A stretch of DNA of 64,000 nt from Podospora anserina (Eukaryota). The DNA is taken from the NCBI GenBank assembly GCA_017654855.1, contig CM030334.1:1860001-1924000 (forward strand), written 5' to 3'. Numbering within the stretch: position 1 is the first letter of the stretch; the number at the start of each line of letters is the position of its first letter. Under the pieces are notes generated by a model. That model saw nothing but the letters and a program-made list of their open reading frames with translations. It was not told where the DNA came from and searched no databases. Below are positions 52,766 through 64,000 of the stretch, in pieces. The translations under genes were made by a program, and so were the position numbers.

Positions 52766-52986
52766 TGTCACGGCGCTGGCACGTGACCTGTGGGTCCGTA
52801 GGATCCTGGGCGCGTGGGCCATGTGGGGCTCTGAGAGCGACCGGGTGGTCAAAGCTTTCCTTCGTCAAAAGGTCTGCTTCGAAGCCCTGGTTTGATTTTG
52901 CTTCTTTTCTTCTTTACCTGCAATTCAATCAATTTGGTGTGATAATTATTTGCCTTTGTCTCAGACTTTCTAGCCAATCCGTGATA
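52766..52986 (+). mobile_element. Solo LTR (221 bp) with ATAAC target-site duplication
   Basis: ATAAC|TGTCACGG...CCGTGATA|ATAAC: short terminal inverted repeat, 5-bp TSD. Orientation is relative only. Confidence 0.85.
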
Positions 52987-53224
52987 ATAACAGCTTTTCT
53001 ATGTAGATTAAATTATCATATAATTAATACCTACAAATATATAAAATCTATAGTAGATTTATTAAAAAACTAAAATTATAGTAAAAGTATAATAGTAAAT
53101 ATACAATAAAAAGTTATAAATTTAAATATAAATTAAAGGTTATTAACTATTTAATATTTCATTAGGGGTTTTTTTTGGTTTTGATAATAACAATACTCTT
53201 TAATTTTTTATTTTTGTTAAAATT

Positions 53225-53448
53225 CGCCACAGGAAGGCAAAAATACTGAGATAAAGCATACAGCTTATTGTATCAATTTGATTAAATTGCAAATTAAGAA
53301 AGAGAAAAAGGTAAAAATTAGACCGAAGCTACAAAGCTAGCCTTTTGTGAGGGCAAAGCTTGAGCCACATCCAGTTGCTCTCAGAGCTCCATATGGCACA
53401 CGCGCTAAGATCCCGCAGGACCACCAGTCACGCGCCAGTGCCGTGACA
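53225..53448 (-). mobile_element. Second related solo LTR (224 bp), opposite orientation, AAATT TSD
   Basis: AAATT|CGCCACAGG...CCGTGACA|AAATT; its reverse complement aligns with the 52766-52986 LTR over about 200 bp. Confidence 0.82.
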
Positions 53449-53552
53449 AAATTGGTCTACGTAAAGCCTATATTACAGTAAGTTATTACTGTAATACTAC
53501 GTGGCGGCAGCCCTAGCAAAAGCGTTGCAAACAGCAAAAGATATCTCATAAA

Positions 53553-53627
53553 GCACTTATTTGGCACCTACTCAGTGCCTATCTAGCACTCACCTAGCAC
53601 TTACCTAGCATTTACTCGGCACTCACT
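53553..53627. repeat. Degenerate 11-bp tandem repeat (GCACTYACCTA-like) inside the transposon
   Basis: gcacttatttg gcacctactca gtgcctatcta gcactcaccta gcacttaccta gcatttactcg gcactcact. Confidence 0.8.
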
Positions 53628-56600
53628 ACGTGCTTTTCCAGCAGCCACTTAGTATCTACTTAAAAACTATATTAATTTAATTTAGGGTAAAGATAGATAT
53701 ATTACTCCAGTTATATATAATTCGGGTAGTGATTTTAGTTAATTTACTAGTTAAAAGCTTATTAAAAATCCTATTACTTAAGGGATTCCTAAGCCTGGGC
53801 AATTACAAAGCGCTTTAGCAAGTAAAGCTTATTTTGGTTAAATGTGGCCAAAGGGCGCTTTGGGCCAAGGAAAAAGGATGTAAAGCAATTGGCCGGAAAA
53901 GTAGAAAAGTGTGTGCCTCTGGGGGTTCTCCGGGCTAGCTTTTTCTCACTTTTTCTGAGTAGATACTGTATTTTAGTGCTTCGTCGTCGACTTGCAGTTT
54001 TAACTGGCTGATTGGGAGTTCGCCCCAGTGTGGGGACAAACTGTTGAGGTGGTGCCTGTTTCTGGGCGTTGGCAGTTACCGGTTTGTCCGTGGGCCCAAG
54101 GAAGGGAGAGGAGGGGTATCGAGGGGTCTCCCTCCCTGCTGCTCCCGGATGTCTGAGACATGCAGTTCTTGGGGCGAGAGCTGTCAGGCTCTCATCAATG
54201 CGCTCCTCATCTGGCGAAACAGTGGGACAGAGAAAGTGAGAATTCACACATCCACCAGTGACACCACACAAGTTGCTGGTCAGTGGTGCGCCGCTGGAGT
54301 GTGGCTCTCGCCGGCCGCCCTCCTGGATGCGGAGTGGGGCCATCGGGAACAGACAGAGGTCACAGGGAACATGCATTGTCCAATTGACGGGACGCGCCCA
54401 GGGCCGGGCTGTGTGTGCCTGCGCCTGTTCGAGAGCTTCCCCATTGCGCTTTTTTGCTCGGCAGAGGACGTTTGTGTTCAAGACGAGTCATGGCATTGGG
54501 TGAATGCTCTGGACTCCTGGAAGCCCCGGTCGTGCCATCCATGGTTCGCGCACGGTGAGATCCTGCCGACTGATTGGCATCTTGTTAACAGAGCACAGGC
54601 CCCATGCCCTCTTTTGATCTTGGAGATCCAATCACGGGGACTTTTGTTCGACAGCTAACAGTGAACAATTACAGCTGGGGAGGGAGGGGAGAACCCTGCC
54701 ACACCGCTACTCCAAGATGTGAACTGTCACCAGTTTATTCATCAGTGTGAACTGCTGGAGGTCGCCTGTTGTGTCTGCCCACGCCACGCCGCGCCGCCTC
54801 CACAGTTCTGTCTGCCCCGGATACGCTGCAACACTACCATGCTGGATTCAAGGAAATCCACCGCCGAGCTGCGGCACGGTTATAATTGCTTTGAGCTGGC
54901 TTCTGTAGAGTTGTGTGTGTATGCATCTGCTGACCTGAGATGTGATTGATATTGCAGACGGAAGCATACAAGCTGCTGACATGATATGCATAATATTCGG
55001 ACAGCTCTTGACTGTTGCTCACCGCATGGTTCGCATGGGAGAACGATAAAGGGATGGTCGGCACTGAACTATCGTTAGAACCTCCAGGGTCATTTATGGA
55101 ATTCCGAGATGGAATCCCCGTGGACGTTTCCAGTGGTGGAGCAACTGGCTTCTGTTAACACTTTCAGCAAACCTTGCGGGAACCACTAACACTTGTGGTT
55201 TCAAATATCAAAACACCAGACAGTAGCCAAAACGTTGACCTCGACGATACCCTCCCATTCGGGAACAATTACCAAACAACACCTGCCTGACCCCCAAATA
55301 GTCTGCATACTAGTTCATGCACCTACTCTCCCTCTCTACCACTCTCACCGTCAAAGAGTTGTTTCTGAGTGTAGTTTAGGGTTGGGCATCAAGGGTTTCA
55401 CCACTTTTTTGCTCTTACATATTAATACATCATATGCATTGTGCATACTGCAGTAGTCGCAGTAGGTTTTTTTCCCACCGAACCGAGCCCCCCGCCGGTG
55501 TTATGTCTCTGCTGGTTTTGGGGCATTCCGACATGTGAGACACAACACTCTGTTTTCGGGTTGGAAGCGAGAAAATTGGCAGTAGTTTAGGTACGAAACG
55601 ATAAACTTGCCGAGATGGACAGAGTAATTAGTATTGGATATTACCGTAGCGTTTCTTCAAGTAAATAGTTCTGCAGGGAATTTGTTACGGAATTGCGGTT
55701 GTGAACTGGATATGTGCGAGGTGTACATTGATAATTTAACCCGCATCTTTGCAATTCAAGATGCTCATCTCAAATTTGATGAACAAATTCGATGGTCTTC
55801 TGTGGCCAGGATGTCAAATATTGATCATGAGTCACGGGGTCACGGTGCACCACAAGGTGCGACACAGGCGGAGATGTCTCATCATGTCAACAAACCCCCT
55901 TCTACTACGCCTCTTGAAGATCAGATTGGGGTTGGTGGGCGGGCGGGCGGCGGCGTATGGCAGTTTGGTTGTTGTCTGTGCGGTCTCGGCCCCGCAGAGG
56001 ACCCGGGTGACCCGGGTCCAGGCCGGGTTTGGAGTTGCGGCGTTGACGGGGGAAGAAAAGTTTGGATGATCCACTTTGGAAGACCGGACCGGTGGAGGAA
56101 GATCGGGGACTTGGGAGAAAGCTTGAATGGTGTGGTGTACGCAAGGGGTGAAGAGATTTGAAAATCTCCCATGTTGGTCATTGTATCGGGTCTAGCTGGG
56201 GTTGTTGACGAGGGTGGTAAAGGTTTGATCAATCTTGAGGCCCCATGTATAGCTCTACCTACCTATGATATCTGGTAACTAGGTACCTTCAACAAGTCCA
56301 GCACTTGTCGATGCTGAATGATGGTTTAACCACTCTATAAGTGTGGGCAATAGAATTCTCCTACCACCGGTTGTTGTGAGCTGGAACTCCAATAGGGAGC
56401 TGAACAGCTAGACCTGATGAACCCAGGTAATAAACATGTCTTACGGCGAGTAGATGTTGTATAGGTGTGGCACGAGGTATATTATGTGAATATGATATCA
56501 AGTCTATGCTGCTTGATGTTTTGCACCATTGACTAGATACATTACATACACCTGGATAGTGACGACCAATAGACCTACTAAACAGAACAAACATCCTGAC

Positions 56601-57357
56601 CATACTTGACCCTATTGTTAGGTATCATTATTCTTGAGATATCATAGTCTACACTTTGTAAAACTTCACCGTTATGTGTCATCCCCGGCATGAAGATCAC
56701 ACCATCGCAAGTCGTGACAGTCGTAAGTTGAGAGTGAGCGGATACCATAACGCAGCAAACAACCACATCAACACAATCAAGCAACAACAAAGTGAAGATC
56801 TCCCGAGAGCATCAAACTAACCGACGACGACATGACTCCTTCGACTCATGAATACGAAGAGAGTATAAACGTGTAATTGGCATGGCCTCCGCCAAATGAC
56901 GATATCCTCATCCACCCCCATCCACCGGCATGTGACGACGACAATGTAAACAACATACCTACCTCCACCCCTTCCCCAAATCTTAATGACGCCCAAAAGT
57001 GGATTTCCCCCCTTTCCCTGAACAAAGAACCGCCTCAACTCGGCTGTCGTTCGGTCTGTTTTCGCGCAATTGACCTGCCTGGCCTACCAAAAAACCAGGG
57101 ACACTGTCCAGTGATAAGCTACGTGTGGTGACGTCATACCCTCCCCCGGGGCTTCATAACCAACCCCATTGCCGCTCCCATCCAATTGACAACCACTCAA
57201 TTGCAAGCAAGCAAAGCAACAGCAGGAAATAATCCCTCTCCTTTTTTCCAATAAAGAGCTCTTTTCAACGTTCTCTCCTTTCCGCGTTTATACAACCACC
57301 ACAAGCAACAACCTCAGTTCCACCACCTCTACGACAACCACAAACCCATCCACCAAA

Positions 57358-57764
57358 ATGCTCTCCCTCCGCCGCATCACCACCTCCCCCACCATCACCT
57401 CCCTCCCCCGCCGCGCCCTTTCCACCACCCCCCTCCGATCCCTCAAGGAGTCTAACAGCGGTACGTTTTTTAATCCTCCCCCATTCCCACCCCCTACTCC
57501 CCACTGACTCGCCCGTGCTCGCCAGCCGACCCCTCCCCCCAAAACTTCGACCACCACAAACAAGACTCCCTCTCCAAGCAAAAATCCGGCAAAGGCCACT
57601 GGAAGCCCGAGCTCGCCTCCAACAGCGAAGAAGCCGTAAAGGCCGACCGCAGCTCCGGCTCCTCCTCCATCAAGGACCTCCAGGAAAAGACCAAAAAGGC
57701 GGCCGAGGAGAACGCCAAAGCCGGTACCAGTATGGATGATGGCCTTTCGAAACATATTCAGTGA
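57358..57764 (+). CDS. Small, probably mitochondrial, conserved fungal protein
   Basis: Arg/Ser/Thr-rich presequence MLSLRRITTSPTITSLPRRALSTTPLR, intron 57461-57525, then DHHKQDSLSKQKSGKGHWKPELASNSEEAVKADR...HIQ*. Confidence 0.8.
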
Positions 57765-58390
57765 ACACACAAGAGGCTGAGACAAATTGTTGCGTTTTGC
57801 TTTTAGACTAACATATTGATTTTTTCGTCCTTCGCACCAAACCCACAACGCGTGCGCAGCATGGCTTTTGCAGAAAGAAAAAAGGGTGGTGAAAACAGGG
57901 GAGAAGAAGAACAAGTTGGGGGAGGGATGTGGGGAAGAAAGATTGTACATAATGCATAGGGGGTTGGCTTGGAATCGCGGCAAAGCATGAATGAATGGGA
58001 AAGAAGAAGATGGAGGAAGAGAGAGAGCCGTCAATAGAATGATTGACAACTGAGAAGCATCTTTGTCACACATGGTCATTGTGAACACTGTTGAAATATG
58101 TACTCATCGAATTAAACTATCAACACACATGGTTTTTTGCATCCCTAAGTAAAATCCGCAATCTTCCATCAACTCTTCCTTTCGCTCACAAGTCCCAGAA
58201 ACCACTTAACCATATCCTTGATAATTTCAACTCCCATAATGGCACACACCCATCGCAATCTCAAGATATCCATGACAAATAACTCGCTCACACTGACTCT
58301 CAGTTAAGAGTTTGTGTCTTGCAAGTTCAACGCAAAAAAGAAAAAAAAAACACAAAATACGGGTATCTCACAACTCCATCCATCACCTTT

Positions 58391-61300
58391 TCACCTCCCA
58401 CCCCCACCCCTCCATTTGTAATGGCCCCGTCCCCTCGGTCTTCCCCTCCCACGACCTCTCCCCCGTCCAGCAGTGGCACCGCCCCGTCCAGCAGATCCGG
58501 CTGTCCCTGCTCCCCTCCCAGCCAAACCAACCATCCCCCCTCGTCTCCCACCCCTCGTCGCCGTGCTAACAACCTGCTTCACGGCAGGAATATCCTCATC
58601 ATCTGAATCCGAGTCATCACTGTCGCTCGGGTCAAGCGGATCCCTTCCCCTGCCTGGCTGCTCCTCCGACTCTGATTCCGATTCACTCTCCGACGCTGAC
58701 CGAGATTCAGACTGTGATTCATTTCCATCGTCGTGGTCGTGATCGTCAAACTCGGAGCCCTCTTCATCCGAGGAAACGAGCCTGACGATCGTCGGACCTG
58801 TTGGCTTCGGTGGTGGGGGCGGCGGCGAAGGGGAGTGGTACGGTGACGGTGAGGGTTCGTGTGGGTGGGAGTGCGCCGGTGTAGGAGACGCTTCTCTAGC
58901 GGGAGATGGCGAAGGCGAAGGCGAAACATCATGGGCAGGTGTAGGTTCTCTCTTCGGCTCTGGTGTCTGCGTCTTCAAAATAACTGTCGGTTCCCTAGGC
59001 ACATCCCGAACTGGAGACGGGCTAGGCATAAACGTATCCATAGGCTCCATGTAATCCTGCATCGAGGGGCTAGGGCTGGCTCGAGGACTCGAAGCCTCGG
59101 ACACGGCCTCTTCAGCCGCGTTCGGATCAAAGTCTGCGTCCGCCATATCGATATCAGAATCTTGAGCTGGTGTTGCCTTGGATCTGCCCCTTGTGGCTCT
59201 CGTTGGCCTCTCGGGTTCCTTGTCCGCTGTGGTCGTTGTAGGGGTGTCGACATCACGGGAGACAGACCGGGAAGCAGCTTGCCCAGCCGGTGTGCTATCC
59301 TGCGCAGCCTTCGACTTCCTTGACGCGATCTTGAACTTCTTGCCCTTAGCCTTCATTCGATCCGCCATGGACATGAACGGTGATCCTGCAGCAGGACCCG
59401 AAGCACCAGCTGAAGGGCCTCGCTGCGCATTCTTTGGCGGTCTGCCCCTTCTCTTGGGCGCATTCACAGGCGTGAAACCTCCCCGAGACTGAGGTCGTGA
59501 CTCGATGGGTTCTCCGTCTTCATCAAACCCATCCAAAGCCCCAGCAAGTTGCGCATCCACGTCACTATCACTATCATCGCTGACCTGAACAGGCAATGTC
59601 CGATCACGTGGCGGTTTCCTGGTGGGCTTCGGGTGCCCAGAAGGCGTCTGCTCAGCCGACCCTCCTGCTGGCATAGACTTGCGAGGACCCGGAGGCCGAC
59701 CACGTCTCTTACCAGTTCCAGTTACAGCGGCATATCCAGAGCCAGGTGGAGCAGGAGATCTAGTAGCGGACTTACTAGCACCGGCGGCACCGCCCGCAAT
59801 CGCCAAAATCGCCGCGGACGCAAGATCAAGAGGATCCTTGGTCGCATCGGCAGGGTTATAGTCCTTGAGAGGTTGAGGCCTCTGCGAACGCGGAATGAGA
59901 ATCTCGTTGAACTCCTCCTCGCCATTCTCATCCACCAAGTATGATATCTTGGGTCGCGCGTGGCGAAGAGCAGGCCGATTCGACGAGTCGGCACGAGGCT
60001 CTTCTCCCTCCTGGGCTGGGCCATCTGGAACATCGGCATTCGGTGGAGCTTGAACAGCAGGAGCTTCCCCTTCGGTAGGAGTGCCGTCAGCCGGGGCGCC
60101 AACCATGGTGACATCACCAAACAGAGCCGGGTCCATGTTGTTAAGTGCATCCGCTTGACCATCACGGGTATTAGTTGTCTTGGCCTTCTTCTTGCTGTGT
60201 GACCTAGGTCCTCTAAAATCCGGGTCATCGTCCTCCTCCAAACGAGCACGACGCTTGGCCACGCGAAGCTGCTTCTTGAGATATTCGGCCGGCTCGGGCT
60301 CGTCGTCGAGCGCCATCAAGCTCTCGACTGAAGGTTGCTGATAGGGGTCGAACAGAATCCTGTCCTCGCTGTCGTCCTGCTCGTAGTAGCCCATGCCCAA
60401 GCCGCGTTCGCGTCCAAGTCCTGAAGGATCAGGGTAGGCAGACTGGTCCTCAACAATAGACATGTCGGCGACCTCGGCAGGTCCGGTATGTCCATTTTGA
60501 TGTGGCGGATGTTCCCCTGAAACACCAAGTACCGCAGGCTGTTCGCCATAACCACCGTTGACCAAAGCCTGCTGTAATGCCGCCTCTTCCAGGCTGTCAG
60601 CCAAAGCTCCATCAGGTAACTGTAGCACATCGTTCTCGAGCTGGGACGACTTTGCTTTTTCAGCATCGGCGGCCTCTCTGAGTCTCTGCATCCTTTTGCT
60701 CGACAGAGCTCGCGTCTCATCGCCAGCGTTCTTCAACCACGACAGGTTGTGTATCTTGAAGTCGATAAGAAGCTCGACACTACGATCGTCAGCGATGGGC
60801 CGAGTGTCGTGTCCTAAGAGTGTCTTCTTAGGAATATAGGGAACACCGTTCTTGGCCTTGCGGCAGGCACCGCAGTTGCATATGCCGAGACACTTTGGGC
60901 ACTGCCATCTCTCATTCTGCATTACTTCCTGTGGCATCTGGTCAAAGGCTCGGTAGAGGACACCATAGCAATATGCGTCATTGCAGCCCTGGTTGGAGCA
61001 GAAGGCCAACTTGTAGGTGTAGTCCTTGTGTTGGCACACATGGCAGCGATAGACGTCGCCCTTCTTCGCTTTCCTCCCGCCCCTTCTCTTTTTCTTTGGC
61101 CGACCATTTTCGTCTACTTCAACCTCCGAGTCCTCAGCAGGTTCCTTTGGCTTGTCAACCTTGCTGATATCTTTCCATGGGCGTCTCCGGAGTTGTTCTT
61201 GACAAAGCTGAGCAACCGTCTTCTTGCCGTATCGCTTGCGTGCAAGCTCGAGCGGCAACGGGGATGTGTTGATATCGACATATCCGTCATGTTTAATAAT

Positions 61301-62869
61301 GAGCGCGCGCCAGTCCTCGTATTTCTCAACCAAATCCTGCCAGTGCCACTGCTCACACCAAGTGAGGTTGGAAATACATAGGCATGACCGGCCCATGACG
61401 TAGCACTCCATGCAGATATCATAAGTATCCTCGTCACCACCAACAAGCTGGCGAACACAGTGCTTGCAGGTCAGGAACCGGTTGAAGATGTTGGCGCGGC
61501 AGTAGGAGCAGGTGACGCAGGAGTCAAATTCGATATACTCGACTTCCTTTTCTTTCGTCCCGAATATCTCGTCTACCAGGACTCGGGTGAAGAGCTCAAA
61601 GAGAGCCTTGAAGTCACCAGTCAACTGCTTCGTGCGAGACGAGTTCTTGATCAAGTCTTGCCCGAACCCAAGCAACCCAGTCTCAGACGTCCTTTCCATG
61701 TCCGTCAATAGTTTCGAGTATTTTTCGAGAGTGTAGTAGATAATGGCCTTGTTCTTGTACTGCTCATCGCGGCAGACAAGACGGGCTTTCGGTAGCGCTT
61801 CCTCCAGGGCCATCCTGAGCGTCTCCACGGTCGTCCTGTTCCAGGCAACTTTGATGGTCCGGGTCCCACGATTCCATACTTGATGGGGCGCTAAGGGGGG
61901 CACGAGAACGAAGTCTCCAGCTTTCTGCTCCACGATATAAACCGGAAAGGTGGCCTTCTTCCAAGCGTTGATTTGCGCAAAGTGCTTCTCGATTTCAATG
62001 TCATGACCAAGCATCGACAGGAAGTATTCCCTGACAACTTCGCGGTCTTTTGATTCCGTCATGAACCAAATGGAGCTTCCGGGCTTCTCGCCATTTTCAT
62101 CGCCTGAAGCATCCACCATGATATTCTGACCCAAACTGGCGCACATTTCTCGATGCGCCGGGGTGTAGGTACCCTCATGACCAATGTAACACATCAGATT
62201 CTGGGCGCGCATCGGCTCGGGCAAGCTGCTCATCAAATCTCCTGCCGGCGCAATGGACTTGGTGCCTTCGTTGAACATGTCAAAGTCGTCGTCACTTTGC
62301 CCCATAGGACTCCGTTCGTCGACGTTCTCGTTCATGTAAAAGAGGCTGGGTGGAATGACCTTCTTTTGAAGGTACTCGTGCCATTCTGGTGGGCAGTCGA
62401 TGTCTTTTAGGTAGAGTCGCTGTCGTCGTTCGTCGCGAAAGTTCTCGGGCGTCCACTGATTTGTCAACTGTTTCATGGAGCGCAGGTAGTGACCAGTGGT
62501 CATGGGAATGTCGCATTGACCGACAATATCGCGAACGTTTTCCTCTGTCATTCAAGAATATTAGTACATGATAAGAGGTAAAGCGCAAGTCAACCTACGT
62601 TTCTTATTGTACATCTCCTCCAACCACTTGGGACCAAAAAGGTCCTTGGGAAGTCGCCTGTTCCATTTCTCAATAACCAGTGGCTTCCCACCAAGTACCA
62701 CATGAAGAACAACAAGCTTCTCAAACTCTTGAGGACCGATATTTTGAATCTGAGCAGCCGTGATACGAGCTACCCATTGAAAGTTTGGTGTTCTGTCAAC
62801 GAGCGTGGGCAAATCGAGATCCGGCGGGATAGGGTCGAACTTTGCCTGGGGATGCTGAGCTGTCGGCAT
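58391..62869 (-). CDS. JmjC-domain protein with Cys-rich zinc fingers and AT-hooks (Neurospora DMM-1-like)
   Basis: Exon 1 MPTAQHPQAKFDPIPP, intron 62545-62598. JmjC motifs YTPAHREMC and PPLAPHQVWN; fingers CSYC..CKHC..CMEC and CHVC...CYGVL...CPKCLGICNCGAC; KRRGRPP AT-hooks; RG-rich tail. Confidence 0.88.
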
Positions 62870-63524
62870 CGTGACGGCGGGTGAAGCGACCTAGGCAGCG
62901 GTTGCTGGCAGTCGCATTGTATTGTCGTGTTCTTGATGAGATGTATCGATGGAGAGAGGGCCATTTACATGTCGCTCGAATATGCTGCCGCAGCGTAGAT
63001 GGCAAAGTTAACCACATGCGCAGTCGCCGTCGCGTCGAACGCGATTCTTTGTGATTTCGCCGCGCCGGCTGAATTGAGAATGGAGGGGACTAGGATTCGT
63101 AATTGACAAGCAAAAGGCTGAGGTGGGGCAAATGCAGCTTGCAGCCAATCAACCGTCAGTTTGGCCCAAGAGCTGTCAGTCAGTTTGTGTGGCTCAGAAA
63201 TTTGACAAGGCTGAGACTGGTTCACATGCATGTGTGTATGTGTAAGGAAGTGTCGGTGGGAAGGTCGGGATTTTGAGAAAAAGAGGAATTGTATAAGGGA
63301 GCAAGAAGGTTTTATTTGAGGAGAGGAAACTAGAGGCTATCTACGAGAAATACCTTCTGTTGGTTGCCTGGTACTCCAAAGTCTATTACAAAACGGAAGG
63401 CGGCAGCGCACAGGTGAGTGAGTTTCGGCTTCATGAAGAGAAAGCCACCCGGGGTTCATATGAAATAAACAACATCTGACATGTCACTAGATCCAATCGA
63501 TCACCAAATATCATCAGCCTTACC

Positions 63525-64000
63525 ATGTCAACATGTCACCGGCTCCTCCGGCTGCCTGCCTCGAGGCGAGCACTATCAACTACCAAAACCACAAGCAAAC
63601 CATGGCTCCCCTCTCAGTCATATACCCGCCTCTCACCAACACCACGACATCTCTCCCTCCAGCTCTCCACCCCCAGGTCCCTCATAGCCTACCACACAAC
63701 CTCTAAACTTCTAACTCAGACCACAACCACTCCAGCTCCCTCCCCCCCACCACAAATCTACACCCCCCCCTCAACCGGCCTCCTCTCCCTCCTCCCCCCT
63801 AGTTGGGTCCCCTACGCAGAACTAATCCGCCTCGACAAGCCCGCCGGAACCTACTACCTCTACCTCCCCTGCCTCTTCTCCACCCTCCTCGCCGCCCCCC
63901 TCTCCCACTCCCCCCCCTCAACCGTCCTCACCTACTCCCTCCTCTTCCTCTCCGGCGCAATCATCATGCGCGGAGCAGGCTGCACAATAAACGACCTCTG
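63525..64000 (+). CDS. COQ2: 4-hydroxybenzoate polyprenyltransferase (partial, runs off the window)
   Basis: Presequence-like N-terminus, then [23 protein letters not shown]...[19 protein letters not shown] (UbiA family). Confidence 0.93.
   Translation, partial: MSTCHRLLRLPASRRALSTTKTTSKPWLPSQSYTRLSPTPRHLSLQLSTPRSLIAYHTTSKLLTQTTTTPAPSPPPQIYTPPSTGLLSLLPPSWVPYAELIRLDKPAGTYYLYLPCLFSTLLAAPLSHSPPSTVLTYSLLFLSGAIIMRGAGCTINDL

Larger units (their letters stand above)
52437..53968. mobile_element. Degenerate TA-flanked DNA transposon (Tc1/mariner-pogo type or non-autonomous derivative) with long imperfect TIRs
   Basis: Left end TA|CCGTATCTACTTAGAAAAGTGAGAAAAAGCTAGCCC matches the reverse complement of the right end GGGCTAGCTTTTTCTCACTTTTTCTGAGTAGATACTG|TA. 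Similarity extends about 175 bp. The interior is AT/TpA-rich with no ORF. Confidence 0.85.

Noticed and set aside
52766-53448. Single MITE with about 200-bp TIRs
   Set aside because: Each half has its own LTR-like termini and a distinct 5-bp TSD, which fits two solo LTRs better.
53553-53627. Short repeat array considered as CRISPR-like
   Set aside because: Contiguous 11-bp units without spacers, in a eukaryotic transposon relic.
55634-56232. Overlapping ORFs on both strands
   Set aside because: No domain or codon signal supporting either strand.

Overview
This is gene-dense genomic DNA from a filamentous ascomycete. Short GT-AG introns with CTRAC branch sites, the gene content and an AT-rich repeat relic suggest Sordariomycetes, plausibly Podospora-like (inference). 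Recognisable genes, in order: 3' end of a Pex14/17 (Pex33)-like peroxin, a DUF4050/Gag1-like protein, a nitrilase, an SPX low-affinity phosphate transporter, VPS39, GON7, an HbrB-domain protein, a LIM-domain-binding (PtaB/Mfg1-like) regulator, ATG8, HEM13, a SWIM-finger Sws1-like protein, RPN8, a secreted I9 inhibitor, Hook, a BTB protein, two small conserved-looking proteins, a JmjC/Cys-rich (DMM-1-like) protein and the 5' part of COQ2. The main unexpected structure is a set of five minus-strand RING-finger genes in two clusters (about 25-27.4 kb and 40.4-43.6 kb). Four have a phase-1 intron at the same position in the RING, only one looks intact, and the second cluster lies next to the BTB gene. 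At 52.4-54.0 kb a TA-flanked DNA transposon relic with long TIRs contains two oppositely oriented solo LTRs, each with its own 5-bp TSD. The Hook gene has a 681-nt intron that stays open in frame and could encode an alternative C-terminus. All calls come from manual reading and translation; no searches were run.
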